Positions 1-7,837 of a stretch of DNA of 51,206 bases are shown here, piece by piece; within the stretch, counting starts at the first letter, position 1, and every line of letters starts with the position of its first letter. The notes beneath the pieces are model-generated. The model saw only the letters and a list, made by a program, of their open reading frames with translations. It did no database searches and was not told where the DNA came from. The translations under genes were made by a program, and so were the position numbers. The stretch is taken from NCBI GenBank assembly GCA_019747685.1, contig JAIEQN010000060.1, positions 1-51,206 of the forward strand. The letters are read 5' to 3'. Origin of the DNA: Gemmataceae bacterium (GTDB taxonomy: Bacteria > Planctomycetota > Planctomycetia > Gemmatales > Gemmataceae).

Positions 1-1
1 C

Positions 2-76
2 AGCTACCTCGGGTTCGTCCACCTGAGCCTCGGGTACATCCGCCTGCGAACCACGACCAACGTCAACAGGCCCTAG
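2..76 (+). mobile_element. 3' end of IS5-family transposase and IS right end (partial, runs off window)
   Basis: Frame 2 reads SYLGFVHLSLGYIRLRTTTNVNRP*, similar to IS5-family transposase C-termini. It ends in AACAGGCCCTAG, with the stop inside a CTAG/TAG target-like site. Confidence 0.7.
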
Positions 77-272
77 TTACGCAGAAGTTCTTTGACAATA
101 TGGGTAACGGTCCAGATTGCTGCAGAATCTGCTCGCAAGAGGGATAGCAAGAACCCTCAACAACTTCCGTGCTGCCCGCCAACTCGACGATTGTTGACGG
201 GTAGAGAGTTACACGAACCGCTCGAACCGCATCATTGAAGGGGGCTTCGGTACTCGTGTTAAGCCTCCCAGG
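77..272 (+). promoter_or_regulatory. Putative CRISPR leader
   Basis: About 196 bp non-coding and much less GC-rich than the flanks. It abuts the first conserved repeat, and the degenerate repeat lies at the opposite end of the array. Confidence 0.65.
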
Positions 273-523
273 GTCTCCACGGCGATCCCGCCGTGGCTGA
301 ATTGAAGCTCAGCCTCACGGCGAGTCTACCCCCCGGTTTGATTCGTCTCCACGGCGATCCCGCCGTGGCTGAATTGAAGCGGGGCGGGCGACGGCGGCGG
401 GGTGCCGGCCTCGGGGGTCTCCACGGCGATCCCGCCGTGGCTGAATTGAAGCTCGAGCCAGTGCGTCAGCCGGTACGCCTGGCCGGCGTCTCCACGGCGA
501 CCATGCCGTGGCTGAATTGAAGC
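273..523 (+). CRISPR. CRISPR array: 4 x 36-bp repeats, 3 spacers (36, 36, 35 bp); resembles type I-G (I-U) repeats
   Basis: Repeat GTCTCCACGGCGATCCCGCCGTGGCTGAATTGAAGC at 273-308, 345-380 and 417-452; variant with loop ACCAT at 488-523. 8-bp stem CCACGGCG/CGCCGTGG and 3' ATTGAAGC handle. Confidence 0.95.
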
Positions 524-599
524 CCGGTTAGCCGCAAGACCCGTGGAACACCCGGGGCGGGACCAGTTCGTACTACATCGGGCACCTCCACACGGGTAT

Positions 600-631
600 G
601 GCCTGCCCCGGTACAGGCACCGGGGCGGGCC
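600..631 (-). terminator. Stem-loop just downstream of the integrase
   Basis: GGCCTGCCCCGGT-ACAGGC-ACCGGGGCGGGCC inverted repeat about 7 bp after the integrase's natural stop at 638. No U-tract. Confidence 0.4.
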
Positions 632-637
632 TCGGAC

Positions 638-1830
638 TCAGCCGACGGCGGCAGCGACTTGGGCGGCCAGGGCAGGTTCTTCTCGGCGTATACCCGGGTG
701 ACGTCCGCCCGCTCGTGCTCCAGGGCGACCTGCGCGGCCTCCAGCCCGAACCGCCTCCGCACCTCGGTCCCGAACAGGTGCCGTAGCTGGTTGGGGTGCC
801 ACGGCCCGACCCCGGCCCGCTTCGCCGCCCGGTACACCGTGGCCGCGAAGGCGTCCGCCGAGTACCGGTCCCGCGGCTTCCGCCGGGGGTCCGCCTTCCG
901 GCGGTACGCTTGGCTGGGCGGGGCGGTCGGCTTCCGCCGGGCCCGGTTGGCCGCGTACCGCTCCTCCCGGGCCAGCTTGGGGGAGAACAGTGGGTCGCCC
1001 GTCGATGCGGTCGGGAACTCGTCGAGCAGGGCACGGGCCCGCGGGCCGAGGGGGACCGCCCGGTCCTTCCCCCGGTGCCGCCCCTTGTGCTGGACCGGGC
1101 GGTGTACCCACGGGTCGCCAGCGGTGTCGATCTGGGCCCGGGTCAGCCGGCGGGCCTCCCCGGGGCGGCATCCGGTCAGCCGGCAGAACGCGACCAGCCC
1201 GCGGACGTGGCGGGACGGGAAGGGGAGGGTGGCGTCCACCACCGCCGGGTCGACCGGCCGGCCGGGGTCCCGCTCCTTGGCGTCGGTCCGCCCCCGCTGG
1301 AGACCGGCCACGTGCTTGAGGGCGTCCGGGACCGACCCCGGGACGAGCTCCTGGCCGGCCGCCCACTTGAACGCCCGGCGGACCCGGCCGACCTGCTTAT
1401 TCACCCGGGTGCGACACCACCCCGCCTCGACCATCGCCTTCCCGACCGCCTGGAGGGCCAGGGGGCCGAACCCGGCGGCCGGGGTTCGGCCGTACAGCCG
1501 GCGGACCGGGCCGAACGCCCGGCGGTACTCGCCCAGCTCTCTGGTCGGGGTGCCGTCGGGGTGACGGTAGTGGCCCTCGGCGTGCCGCCAGAAGACGAGC
1601 AGCAGCTCGTCGACGGCGAAATCGGGCGGGCGGCCCGGGGCGACGACGGCCGGGGAGGGGGCGGCCGCCAGCTCGGCGACCACCCGGGCGTGTTCCTTGT
1701 GCGACTCCGGGGAGCCGTGCGGGCCGAGGTAGACATCGTGCCGCCGCCCGCCCCCGAGGGGGACGGTGACGACGGCCTGGCCGGACGGCTTGTGGAGACG
1801 GTAGGACGGGACGGGCGGCTTTCGGGCCGC
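638..1830 (-). pseudogene. Tyrosine recombinase/integrase (Planctomycete-type), degraded
   Basis: TGCRPGE, HPNQLRH and DVTRVY catalytic motifs. The frame extends upstream of the called ORF to (A)ARKPPVPSYRLHKPSGQAVV with GCG where a start codon is expected. A 1-bp frameshift near 670 puts the natural tail ALAAQVAAAVG* in another frame. Confidence 0.85.
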
Positions 1831-1884
1831 GCCCGGGACCGCCCCGGGGTAAGCTGAAGTGCTTGGGCCGGCAGAGCTTTAGGC

Positions 1885-2154
1885 AGCTCCCCGAGGCGGA
1901 CTCAACTCGAACCAGGGTTCATCGAACGGGGAGTATTTTGCATCAACAGGTTACGTCGAGCGGCCGTCTTCACTTTGCTCCCGTGGGGTGACGCTTTCCC
2001 CGAGAAACCGGCTGCCAAACCGCCCGCCGACCCGCTCCGGTTGGCCCACCACTACAAGGCCCTGCTCGACTCGGGCAAGTTCGAGAACCGGGCCGCCCTC
2101 GCCCGCCACCTGGGCGTCAGCCGGGCGAGGGTGACGCAGGTGCTGCGGCGGTTG
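1885..2154 (+). repeat. Direct repeat copy 1: 50-bp structured att-like core plus headless HTH reading frame
   Basis: Colinear with 6643-6912 (constant offset 4758); 48/50 identity over the first 50 bp. Confidence 0.9.
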
Positions 2155-2178
2155 CAGGATGTACCTGCGGATGCATGA
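1975..2178 (+). CDS. Small HTH protein or recombinase C-terminal fragment (LARHLGVSRARVTQVL)
   Basis: HTH-like motif; paralogous to 6691-6936. The conserved frame extends upstream to 1885 without a start codon. Confidence 0.55.
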   Translation: MLPWGDAFPEKPAAKPPADPLRLAHHYKALLDSGKFENRAALARHLGVSRARVTQVLRRLQDVPADA

Positions 2179-2189
2179 TTGGGCTTCGG

Positions 2190-5100
2190 TCACTTCACGG
2201 GTTGCGGCGGCGGGGCGACTTCCCTGGCTGGCACGGGCGGGACTGGCCCCGGCGTCCGCCAGGCGTCCGGTTCCGGCTTGGGTCGATTCCGACCCGTCAG
2301 ACGTCGCCATTCAGCGATCAGCCGGTCATGCTCGCGGCCTTCTTTGAGTTCATTCGCCCGGATGCGCCACCACAGGTGCGGTTCGGTGGTGGCCCAGCCG
2401 GGGAACGGAAAGTCGGCATACGGCGGCTTCGCTGCGGCCAGTTCGCGCTGTTTGGTTGCCCAGGTCGGATGGTCCCATGCCTGGAACCGGCCGTCCGGTC
2501 CGAGTTCCCCTCCGACGACGACCTTGGCCCAAAGTTCCACCAGTTCCGGCGGGATGTCCAGCCGCTTCGGGTCGGGCAGGACGCGGAGTTCGGCGTCGTC
2601 ATAGTACCGCGGGTTGTCCTCGCCGGCCTCGCCGTAGGTGCGGACGGCGACCTGGCCGAACCCGTGGACGTGTGGACCGTTCACGGCGTAGGGCAGGTCC
2701 TTTTCCGTGACGGTGTCGAAGTCGTGCCCGAGTCGGTCGCCTCTGAGGAACTGGCCGTCGAAGAATTGTTTCTGCCCGTACCACTCAACGCTGCCGAACG
2801 AGTGCCCGTGGCTGTACCATCGCCTGAACCCGTCATCAAGGGACATCGACTGGTGGAAGCGGACGCGGGCGGTCGACCAGAACCGGCCGTCGGGAGCGAG
2901 CCTGGCGAGGGTGGGATGATACCGCCGGCCCGCCGGCGGCTTGAGGCGTTCGATCGTGTCCGTGGTGAATAGGTCGTCGAACCAGCGGAACAGGGGCGAG
3001 CCGTCGACCGGTCGCTCGACGGTCGGCAGCCCCCACGCCAGGACGCTGTTCTGCGACGGCCGCCACGATCCCCGCTGTCCAAGGCAGAGCCAGCCGGCAA
3101 AGTGGTCGTCTGGGTTGCTGGGTTCGCTTTGTACAGCTAGCCAATCGTCCGTCACAAACCGCAGGTCGATGGCGTCCGGCACTCGGGCGAGCGCGTCAGC
3201 GAGGGCAGCGTCCGCGACGGGTTGCCAGTCACTGCTACGGTACAGCCGCACTCCATCGGCTGCGATGATCCATTCGTCCTTGTAGTCGGGGTTCATCGTC
3301 AACACCCACTTCCCGCTTGGGCTGACGGCGAACCGGCACTGATCCGAGGTTTTCCCCGCGAACCCGAGCCGGGCCAGTTCGCGGCCGTCTGCGGCGGAAA
3401 GAAGAACGAGGTTCGCCTTCGACGACTTTTTCCCGAACTGGCCGCGCTCGTCGCAGTCGTCTTCGACGGCAACAATCCACCGCATGTCGGGAGACAGTTC
3501 CAACTTGGCGAACATCCGCCCAGGCGGGGTCAATCGCCGGATGAACCGCCCTGTCTGCGTGTCGTACACGTCGTAAGTACCGGCCCGTCGATTCGTCCGC
3601 GTCATGGCGAAGTTGTTCCCGTCGCCGTCTTTGTCAATCTCCCCCTTGTCGTTCTTCTTCCATTCCCAATCGGCCTGGTGACTGCGGACGAGGGCGACGC
3701 CGTCAGCGACGATCAACTCGTTCGCGTCGTCCCACGGCATGAGCGACCGCCGCAACTGGCCCATCGACAGCCCCGGCGGGTAGACGCAGCGCTCCGGCCG
3801 CGGCGGCGTCTTCGCCCGGAACGTGCCGTCGCGGTTCCAGAAGCGGGCGACGCCGTCGGTGTCTTGCGTGTAGACGGTTCGGCCGTCCGGGCTGAAACCC
3901 CACTGCAACAACCGCTCGGTACCCTCACGCAGCACGCCGACCCGCTTCAAGCTCGGAATCTCGATCAGCCGCAGCCCGTCGCGTTCGGCGCCGGCGATGC
4001 ACAGCCGGCTATCCGGGGTGATGCGCTCGACCTTGTTCGTGTCCAGTGGTGGCACGAGCGGCACGAACTCCTGCCCGGCGGCGATGACGGCGGCGGTCTG
4101 GAACTCGCGGAGCTTCTTGAGTTCAGGGTCGTCCTCGAAGCCCATCCAGTGTTCCGCATTCGGAGCTGGGAAATCACTCTTGATTGGACCGATACGACCC
4201 TTGAGTGGGCGAGCCAATCGGAGCAGCCCCACCCGCGGGTCGGACTTGTACTCCAGCAGATCGGCATCCAGCCGCGAACCGTTGTTTCGGATCTCAGCTT
4301 CCACGGCTGCTTCCAAGTAGCCTTCCTGTAGCGAAGAAGCTGTTGCGAACAATCGTTCGGCCTTGTCCCGCTGTTCCTGGGCTTCCTGCTCTTTCGCCCG
4401 GGCCAACGCCTCGGCCTGCCGGGCGATCCAGGCCAGCCCGAGCGCGATCGCCGCCGAGGACGCCACGAAGAACACGAACAGGCCGGTCACCCAGATCGCG
4501 ACGACGTTCTTCCGGTACGCCTTCTTCAGCCGATACCCCAGCGTCGGCGGGCACGCCTCGACCGCGTCCCCGGTCAGGTACCGCTGCACGTCCTTCGCCA
4601 GCGCCGTCGCCGTGTCGTACCGGCGGGTGCGGTCCTTCTCCAGCGCCTTCATCACGATCCAGTCGATCTCGCCCTTCATGAGCGCCGACAGCTTCGCCGG
4701 GTCGCACTGGCGGGTCGCGGCGATCGTCGCCTTCGCCTGCGAGGTGCTGAGGCGTTGCGACGGGCGGGGCGGTTCCTCGTCGCGGACGATGCGCAGCACC
4801 TCGTCGAGGGCCGCCTTCTTCAGCCGCTCGGCCTCCACCGGCGGGCTACCGGCGAGCAGTTCGTAGAGCAGCACGCCCAGGGCGTACACGTCCGCCCGCG
4901 TGTCGATGTCCAGAGCGTTGAAGGTCGCCTGCTCCGGGGCCATGTACGCCGGCGTGCCGACGAGTGTGCCGAGGCCGGTGTAGATCGTTTTCTCCGTCAG
5001 TTGCTGGCCGACCGCTTTCGCCACTCCGAAGTCGATCACCTTCGGCAGGAGCCGGTCGTCGTGCAGCTCCACCAGCACGTTCGACGGCTTGATGTCGCGG

Positions 5101-5714
5101 TGGATGACGCCCTTCTGGTGGGCGTGCTGGATCGCCTGGCAGACCGGCACGAACAGTTCGAGCCGCTCTTTCGGTGTGAGTTTGCGTGCATCGGCGAACT
5201 CCGTGATCGGCGTGCCCTTGACCAGTTCCATGACGAAGTACGGCCGGCCGTCGGCGGTCGTGCCCGCGTCCAGCACCCTGGCGATGTTCGGGTGGTCCAT
5301 GACGGCGAGCGCCTGCCGCTCGGCCTCGAACCGGGCCAGCACGCCCCGCGAGTCCATGCCCGGCTTGATGAGCTTGACGGCCACCCGCCGCCGGACCGGG
5401 GCGAGCTGGTCGGCGACCCACACCTCGCCCATGCCGCCTTCGCCGATCCGCTCCAGCAACTTGTACCGCCCGTCGATGAGCTGACCGACCGCGAGTGCGA
5501 CCCCGTCGGCGGCCCCGACGTAGGCGTGTGTCGCGCCCGAGGGCGGTTCCAGAAACCGCCCGAGCTTCGGGTGGGCGGCGAGCAACTCGTCCACCCGTCG
5601 ACGCAGGTCGGCGTCGGCCCCGCAAGCGTCATCGAGGTAGGCGGCTCGCTCGGCCGGGTCGGACCGCTCGGCGGCGGCCAGGTAAATCGCTTCGACTTGC
5701 GTTACGTCGCTCAT
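2190..5714 (-). CDS. Ser/Thr protein kinase with TM segment and WD40/beta-propeller-like C-terminal region
   Basis: GEGGMGEVW, VAVK, HRDIKPSN, DFG, GTPAYMAPE. Planctomycete-type N-terminus (ERAAYLDDACGAD), a TM helix and FSPDG repeats. ATG at 5714. Confidence 0.93.
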   Translation of the reverse strand: MSDVTQVEAIYLAAAERSDPAERAAYLDDACGADADLRRRVDELLAAHPKLGRFLEPPSGATHAYVGAADGVALAVGQLIDGRYKLLERIGEGGMGEVWVADQLAPVRRRVAVKLIKPGMDSRGVLARFEAERQALAVMDHPNIARVLDAGTTADGRPYFVMELVKGTPITEFADARKLTPKERLELFVPVCQAIQHAHQKGVIHRDIKPSNVLVELHDDRLLPKVIDFGVAKAVGQQLTEKTIYTGLGTLVGTPAYMAPEQATFNALDIDTRADVYALGVLLYELLAGSPPVEAERLKKAALDEVLRIVRDEEPPRPSQRLSTSQAKATIAATRQCDPAKLSALMKGEIDWIVMKALEKDRTRRYDTATALAKDVQRYLTGDAVEACPPTLGYRLKKAYRKNVVAIWVTGLFVFFVASSAAIALGLAWIARQAEALARAKEQEAQEQRDKAERLFATASSLQEGYLEAAVEAEIRNNGSRLDADLLEYKSDPRVGLLRLARPLKGRIGPIKSDFPAPNAEHWMGFEDDPELKKLREFQTAAVIAAGQEFVPLVPPLDTNKVERITPDSRLCIAGAERDGLRLIEIPSLKRVGVLREGTERLLQWGFSPDGRTVYTQDTDGVARFWNRDGTFRAKTPPRPERCVYPPGLSMGQLRRSLMPWDDANELIVADGVALVRSHQADWEWKKNDKGEIDKDGDGNNFAMTRTNRRAGTYDVYDTQTGRFIRRLTPPGRMFAKLELSPDMRWIVAVEDDCDERGQFGKKSSKANLVLLSAADGRELARLGFAGKTSDQCRFAVSPSGKWVLTMNPDYKDEWIIAADGVRLYRSSDWQPVADAALADALARVPDAIDLRFVTDDWLAVQSEPSNPDDHFAGWLCLGQRGSWRPSQNSVLAWGLPTVERPVDGSPLFRWFDDLFTTDTIERLKPPAGRRYHPTLARLAPDGRFWSTARVRFHQSMSLDDGFRRWYSHGHSFGSVEWYGQKQFFDGQFLRGDRLGHDFDTVTEKDLPYAVNGPHVHGFGQVAVRTYGEAGEDNPRYYDDAELRVLPDPKRLDIPPELVELWAKVVVGGELGPDGRFQAWDHPTWATKQRELAAAKPPYADFPFPGWATTEPHLWWRIRANELKEGREHDRLIAEWRRLTGRNRPKPEPDAWRTPGPVPPVPAREVAPPPQPVK

Positions 5715-5773
5715 GACGCGGCCCTCGCCCGTGGGTGTCCGCCCTGCAAGGCGAGAGAACCGTCGAAAACCCC

Positions 5774-6343
5774 TCACGGATTCTCCTGCGGGTCGGCCAG
5801 CAGGGTGTACAGCCGGGCGCGGGCGTAGGCCCAATACCGCTCGGCGGTGGCGACGGACACGCCGAGAGCATTGGCGGCCTCGGTCATCGTCAGCCCGGCG
5901 AAGAAGCGCAGCTTGACAAGTTCGGCCCGGACCGGGGACTCGGCCGCCAGGGCGTCCAGCGCCTCGTTTAGGTCCAGAAGGGCCGGGTCATCGGAGGTGA
6001 TGGCCAGCCGGTCCAGGTCGGCGGCCACCCGGCCACGGCCCCCGCCGCGCCGGGCACCGTGCTTCCGGCGGGCGGCCTCAATGAGGATGCGGCGCATGGC
6101 CTCGGCCGCGGCGGCGAAGAAGTGCCCCCGACCAGCCCACCGGTCCGACCGCCCGGGGCCGACCAGCCGCAAGTACGCCTCGTGTACCAGGGCGGTGGCG
6201 TCCAGCGTTTGTCCGGGCCTCTCACCGGCCATGCGGGCCGCGGCCAACTGTCGGAGTTCGGCGTAAACCAGGGGCAACAAGTCCGCTCCGGCGTTCGGGT
6301 CGCCGCCAGCGAGGGCGTCCAGCAACTGGGTGACATCGGCCAT
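5774..6343 (-). CDS. ECF RNA polymerase sigma factor (TIGR02999 / kinase-associated type)
   Basis: LLPLVYAELRQLA, TLDATALVHEAYLRL, HFFAAAAEAMRRIL, LRFFAGLT...WAYARARL. Directly upstream of the kinase. Confidence 0.93.
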   Translation of the reverse strand: MADVTQLLDALAGGDPNAGADLLPLVYAELRQLAAARMAGERPGQTLDATALVHEAYLRLVGPGRSDRWAGRGHFFAAAAEAMRRILIEAARRKHGARRGGGRGRVAADLDRLAITSDDPALLDLNEALDALAAESPVRAELVKLRFFAGLTMTEAANALGVSVATAERYWAYARARLYTLLADPQENP

Positions 6344-6642
6344 CAACCGGTACCCGTCGGTGTCGGTACCGGGCCAGCAACCGGACCGGATCGTATGCCG
6401 TCAAGTGCTGATTAGGGTACGGACTCGAACCAGAAGAGTAAGCCTGCAGGAGATCGCAACCCATTGCCCACGTGCGGGTTACCTTTTCGATGCGGGGACA
6501 ACCAATTCCCGGCGAGTAGGGATGTGATGGCAGCTATGGCGGAGCATGCCCTTCCGATCCGTGAGCGTGATGTTCACAAGTAACAGTCAGGTAGTGGGTT
6601 GCGGCGAGGCGTAGTGGTTCGAAATGTGTTCCGACTTGCTCA

Positions 6643-6912
6643 AGCTCCCCGAGGCGTACTCAACTCGAACCAGGGTTCATCGAGCGGGGAGTGTTCCAGG
6701 TCAACAGGTTACGGCGAGGGGCGGTCATCGACCTTCGGCCCTGGGCGGACACTTTCCCGGAGAAATCGGCTCCCAACGCACCCCGCGACCCGCTCGCGTT
6801 GGCCCGACACTACCAGTCGATCCTCGACTCGGGCCGGTGCGAGAGCCGGGCGGCCCTGGCTCGGTTCTTGGGCGTCAGCCGGGCGAGGGTGACGCAGGTG
6901 CTCCGCCGTTTG
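6643..6912 (+). repeat. Direct repeat copy 2 (att-like core plus HTH reading frame)
   Basis: Begins AGCTCCCCGAGGCGTACTCAACTCGAACCAGGGTTCATCGAGCGGGGAGT and matches 1885-2154. Confidence 0.9.
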
Positions 6913-6936
6913 CTGGAAACGACCGCTCGCCAGTGA
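6691..6936 (+). CDS. Small HTH protein or recombinase C-terminal fragment
   Basis: DPLALARHYQSILDSGRCESRAALARFLGVSRARVTQVLRRL; paralog of 1975-2178. Confidence 0.55.
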   Translation: MFQVNRLRRGAVIDLRPWADTFPEKSAPNAPRDPLALARHYQSILDSGRCESRAALARFLGVSRARVTQVLRRLLETTARQ

Positions 6937-6971
6937 TGCCGGGGAGCCTGTATCCTCCGCGAGCCAGTCCA

Positions 6972-7568
6972 ACCGCCGTAGTTGGTCAGTCGGGCGGTTT
7001 GGCCCCTCGGTTCCGGTAGTGGCACTCCCGCGGCCGGTGCTGGTGTCGCCGACGCCAGAGCGACCACGCCAGCATCCGCTCGGCCGGCGGAACGGCGGCC
7101 CAGATCAGCCGCAGGAGCAACTTCCGCACTTCGGGTATGCTCAGGCGGATCAGCCGCTCGCCCCTTTCCCGCCGCGGTACGGGCACCCGAGAGCGGACGA
7201 CCGCCACCCCCGCCAGGGCGAGCAGGCTGAGGGTGACGTGCAGGTGCCAGCCCGTCCAACTCCGCACCTCGTACCCGTCCAGCCCGCACTCGCCCTTGGC
7301 CAACTCCAGGCACTCCTTCACCCGCCACCTCGCCCCCGCCACTCGGATCAACTTGCCCGCCGTGGTGTCCGCCGGCCCCGCGGGCGAGGAAGTACGCCCG
7401 CTCGTCGGGCAGCTCGCAGTGCCGCAGCACCACTAGCCACAGTTGCCATCGCCGCTTGTCCGCCGCCCCGAACGCCCGCACCGCCCAATCGTACGCCTGA
7501 GGCCCCTTGCTCCCATCCCCGGCGCTCGCCCGCACCCACTCGGCGGGCGGGAAGGCGTCGGCGATCAC
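6972..7568 (-). mobile_element. IS701-family transposase remnant (5'-truncated, frameshifted)
   Basis: SAGDGSKGP..YDWA, RWRVKECLELAKGECGLDGYEVRSWTGWHLH and WSLWRRRHQ split across two frames. Confidence 0.85.
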
Positions 7569-7569
7569 C

Positions 7570-7767
7570 CCCGCTATCGAGCGGACCGGCCCCGGCTTCT
7601 TCGTGTACTACAACTCGGCCCTGGGGGTGAACCGGCTCGTCTTCACACCCGATCTGGCCAACGGCGAGGCCCCGTTGACCGTTCTGGCCGCCCTGTGTAA
7701 CATGAACGGCCAGGCCGCCATCGACACCGTGTCACTGTTCAGCCAAGAGAAATTCGTGCTGGTGTAA
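7570..7767 (+). pseudogene. C-terminal fragment of an unknown (possibly surface) protein
   Basis: Coding-like GFFVYYNSALGVNRLVFTPDL...FVLV* begins abruptly at the IS701 junction with no start of its own. Confidence 0.35.
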
Positions 7768-7837
7768 CTCGCCCCGGACCCGATGAGCGGGTGCGGGGCG
7801 GGTGCGTTTCGGCCAACGGTTGGTGATGAAATGCCCG

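Noticed and set aside
309-487. Self-targeting by CRISPR spacers within the window
   Set aside because: No convincing match found by eye. Spacer 2 is very GC-rich and gives only short chance similarities; BLAST is needed to exclude this.
293-520. 75-aa ORF with repeated LHGDPAVAELK
   Set aside because: It is the translation of the CRISPR repeats, not a gene.
466-637. C-terminal extension of the 405-aa integrase ORF into the CRISPR array
   Set aside because: Produced by a frameshift near 670; the natural C-terminus ends at 638.
1885-1934. Intact tRNA gene or integron attC site
   Set aside because: Only a T-arm/acceptor-like fragment with extra bases and no cloverleaf. No RYYYAAC...GTTRRRY ends, and the integrase does not look like IntI.
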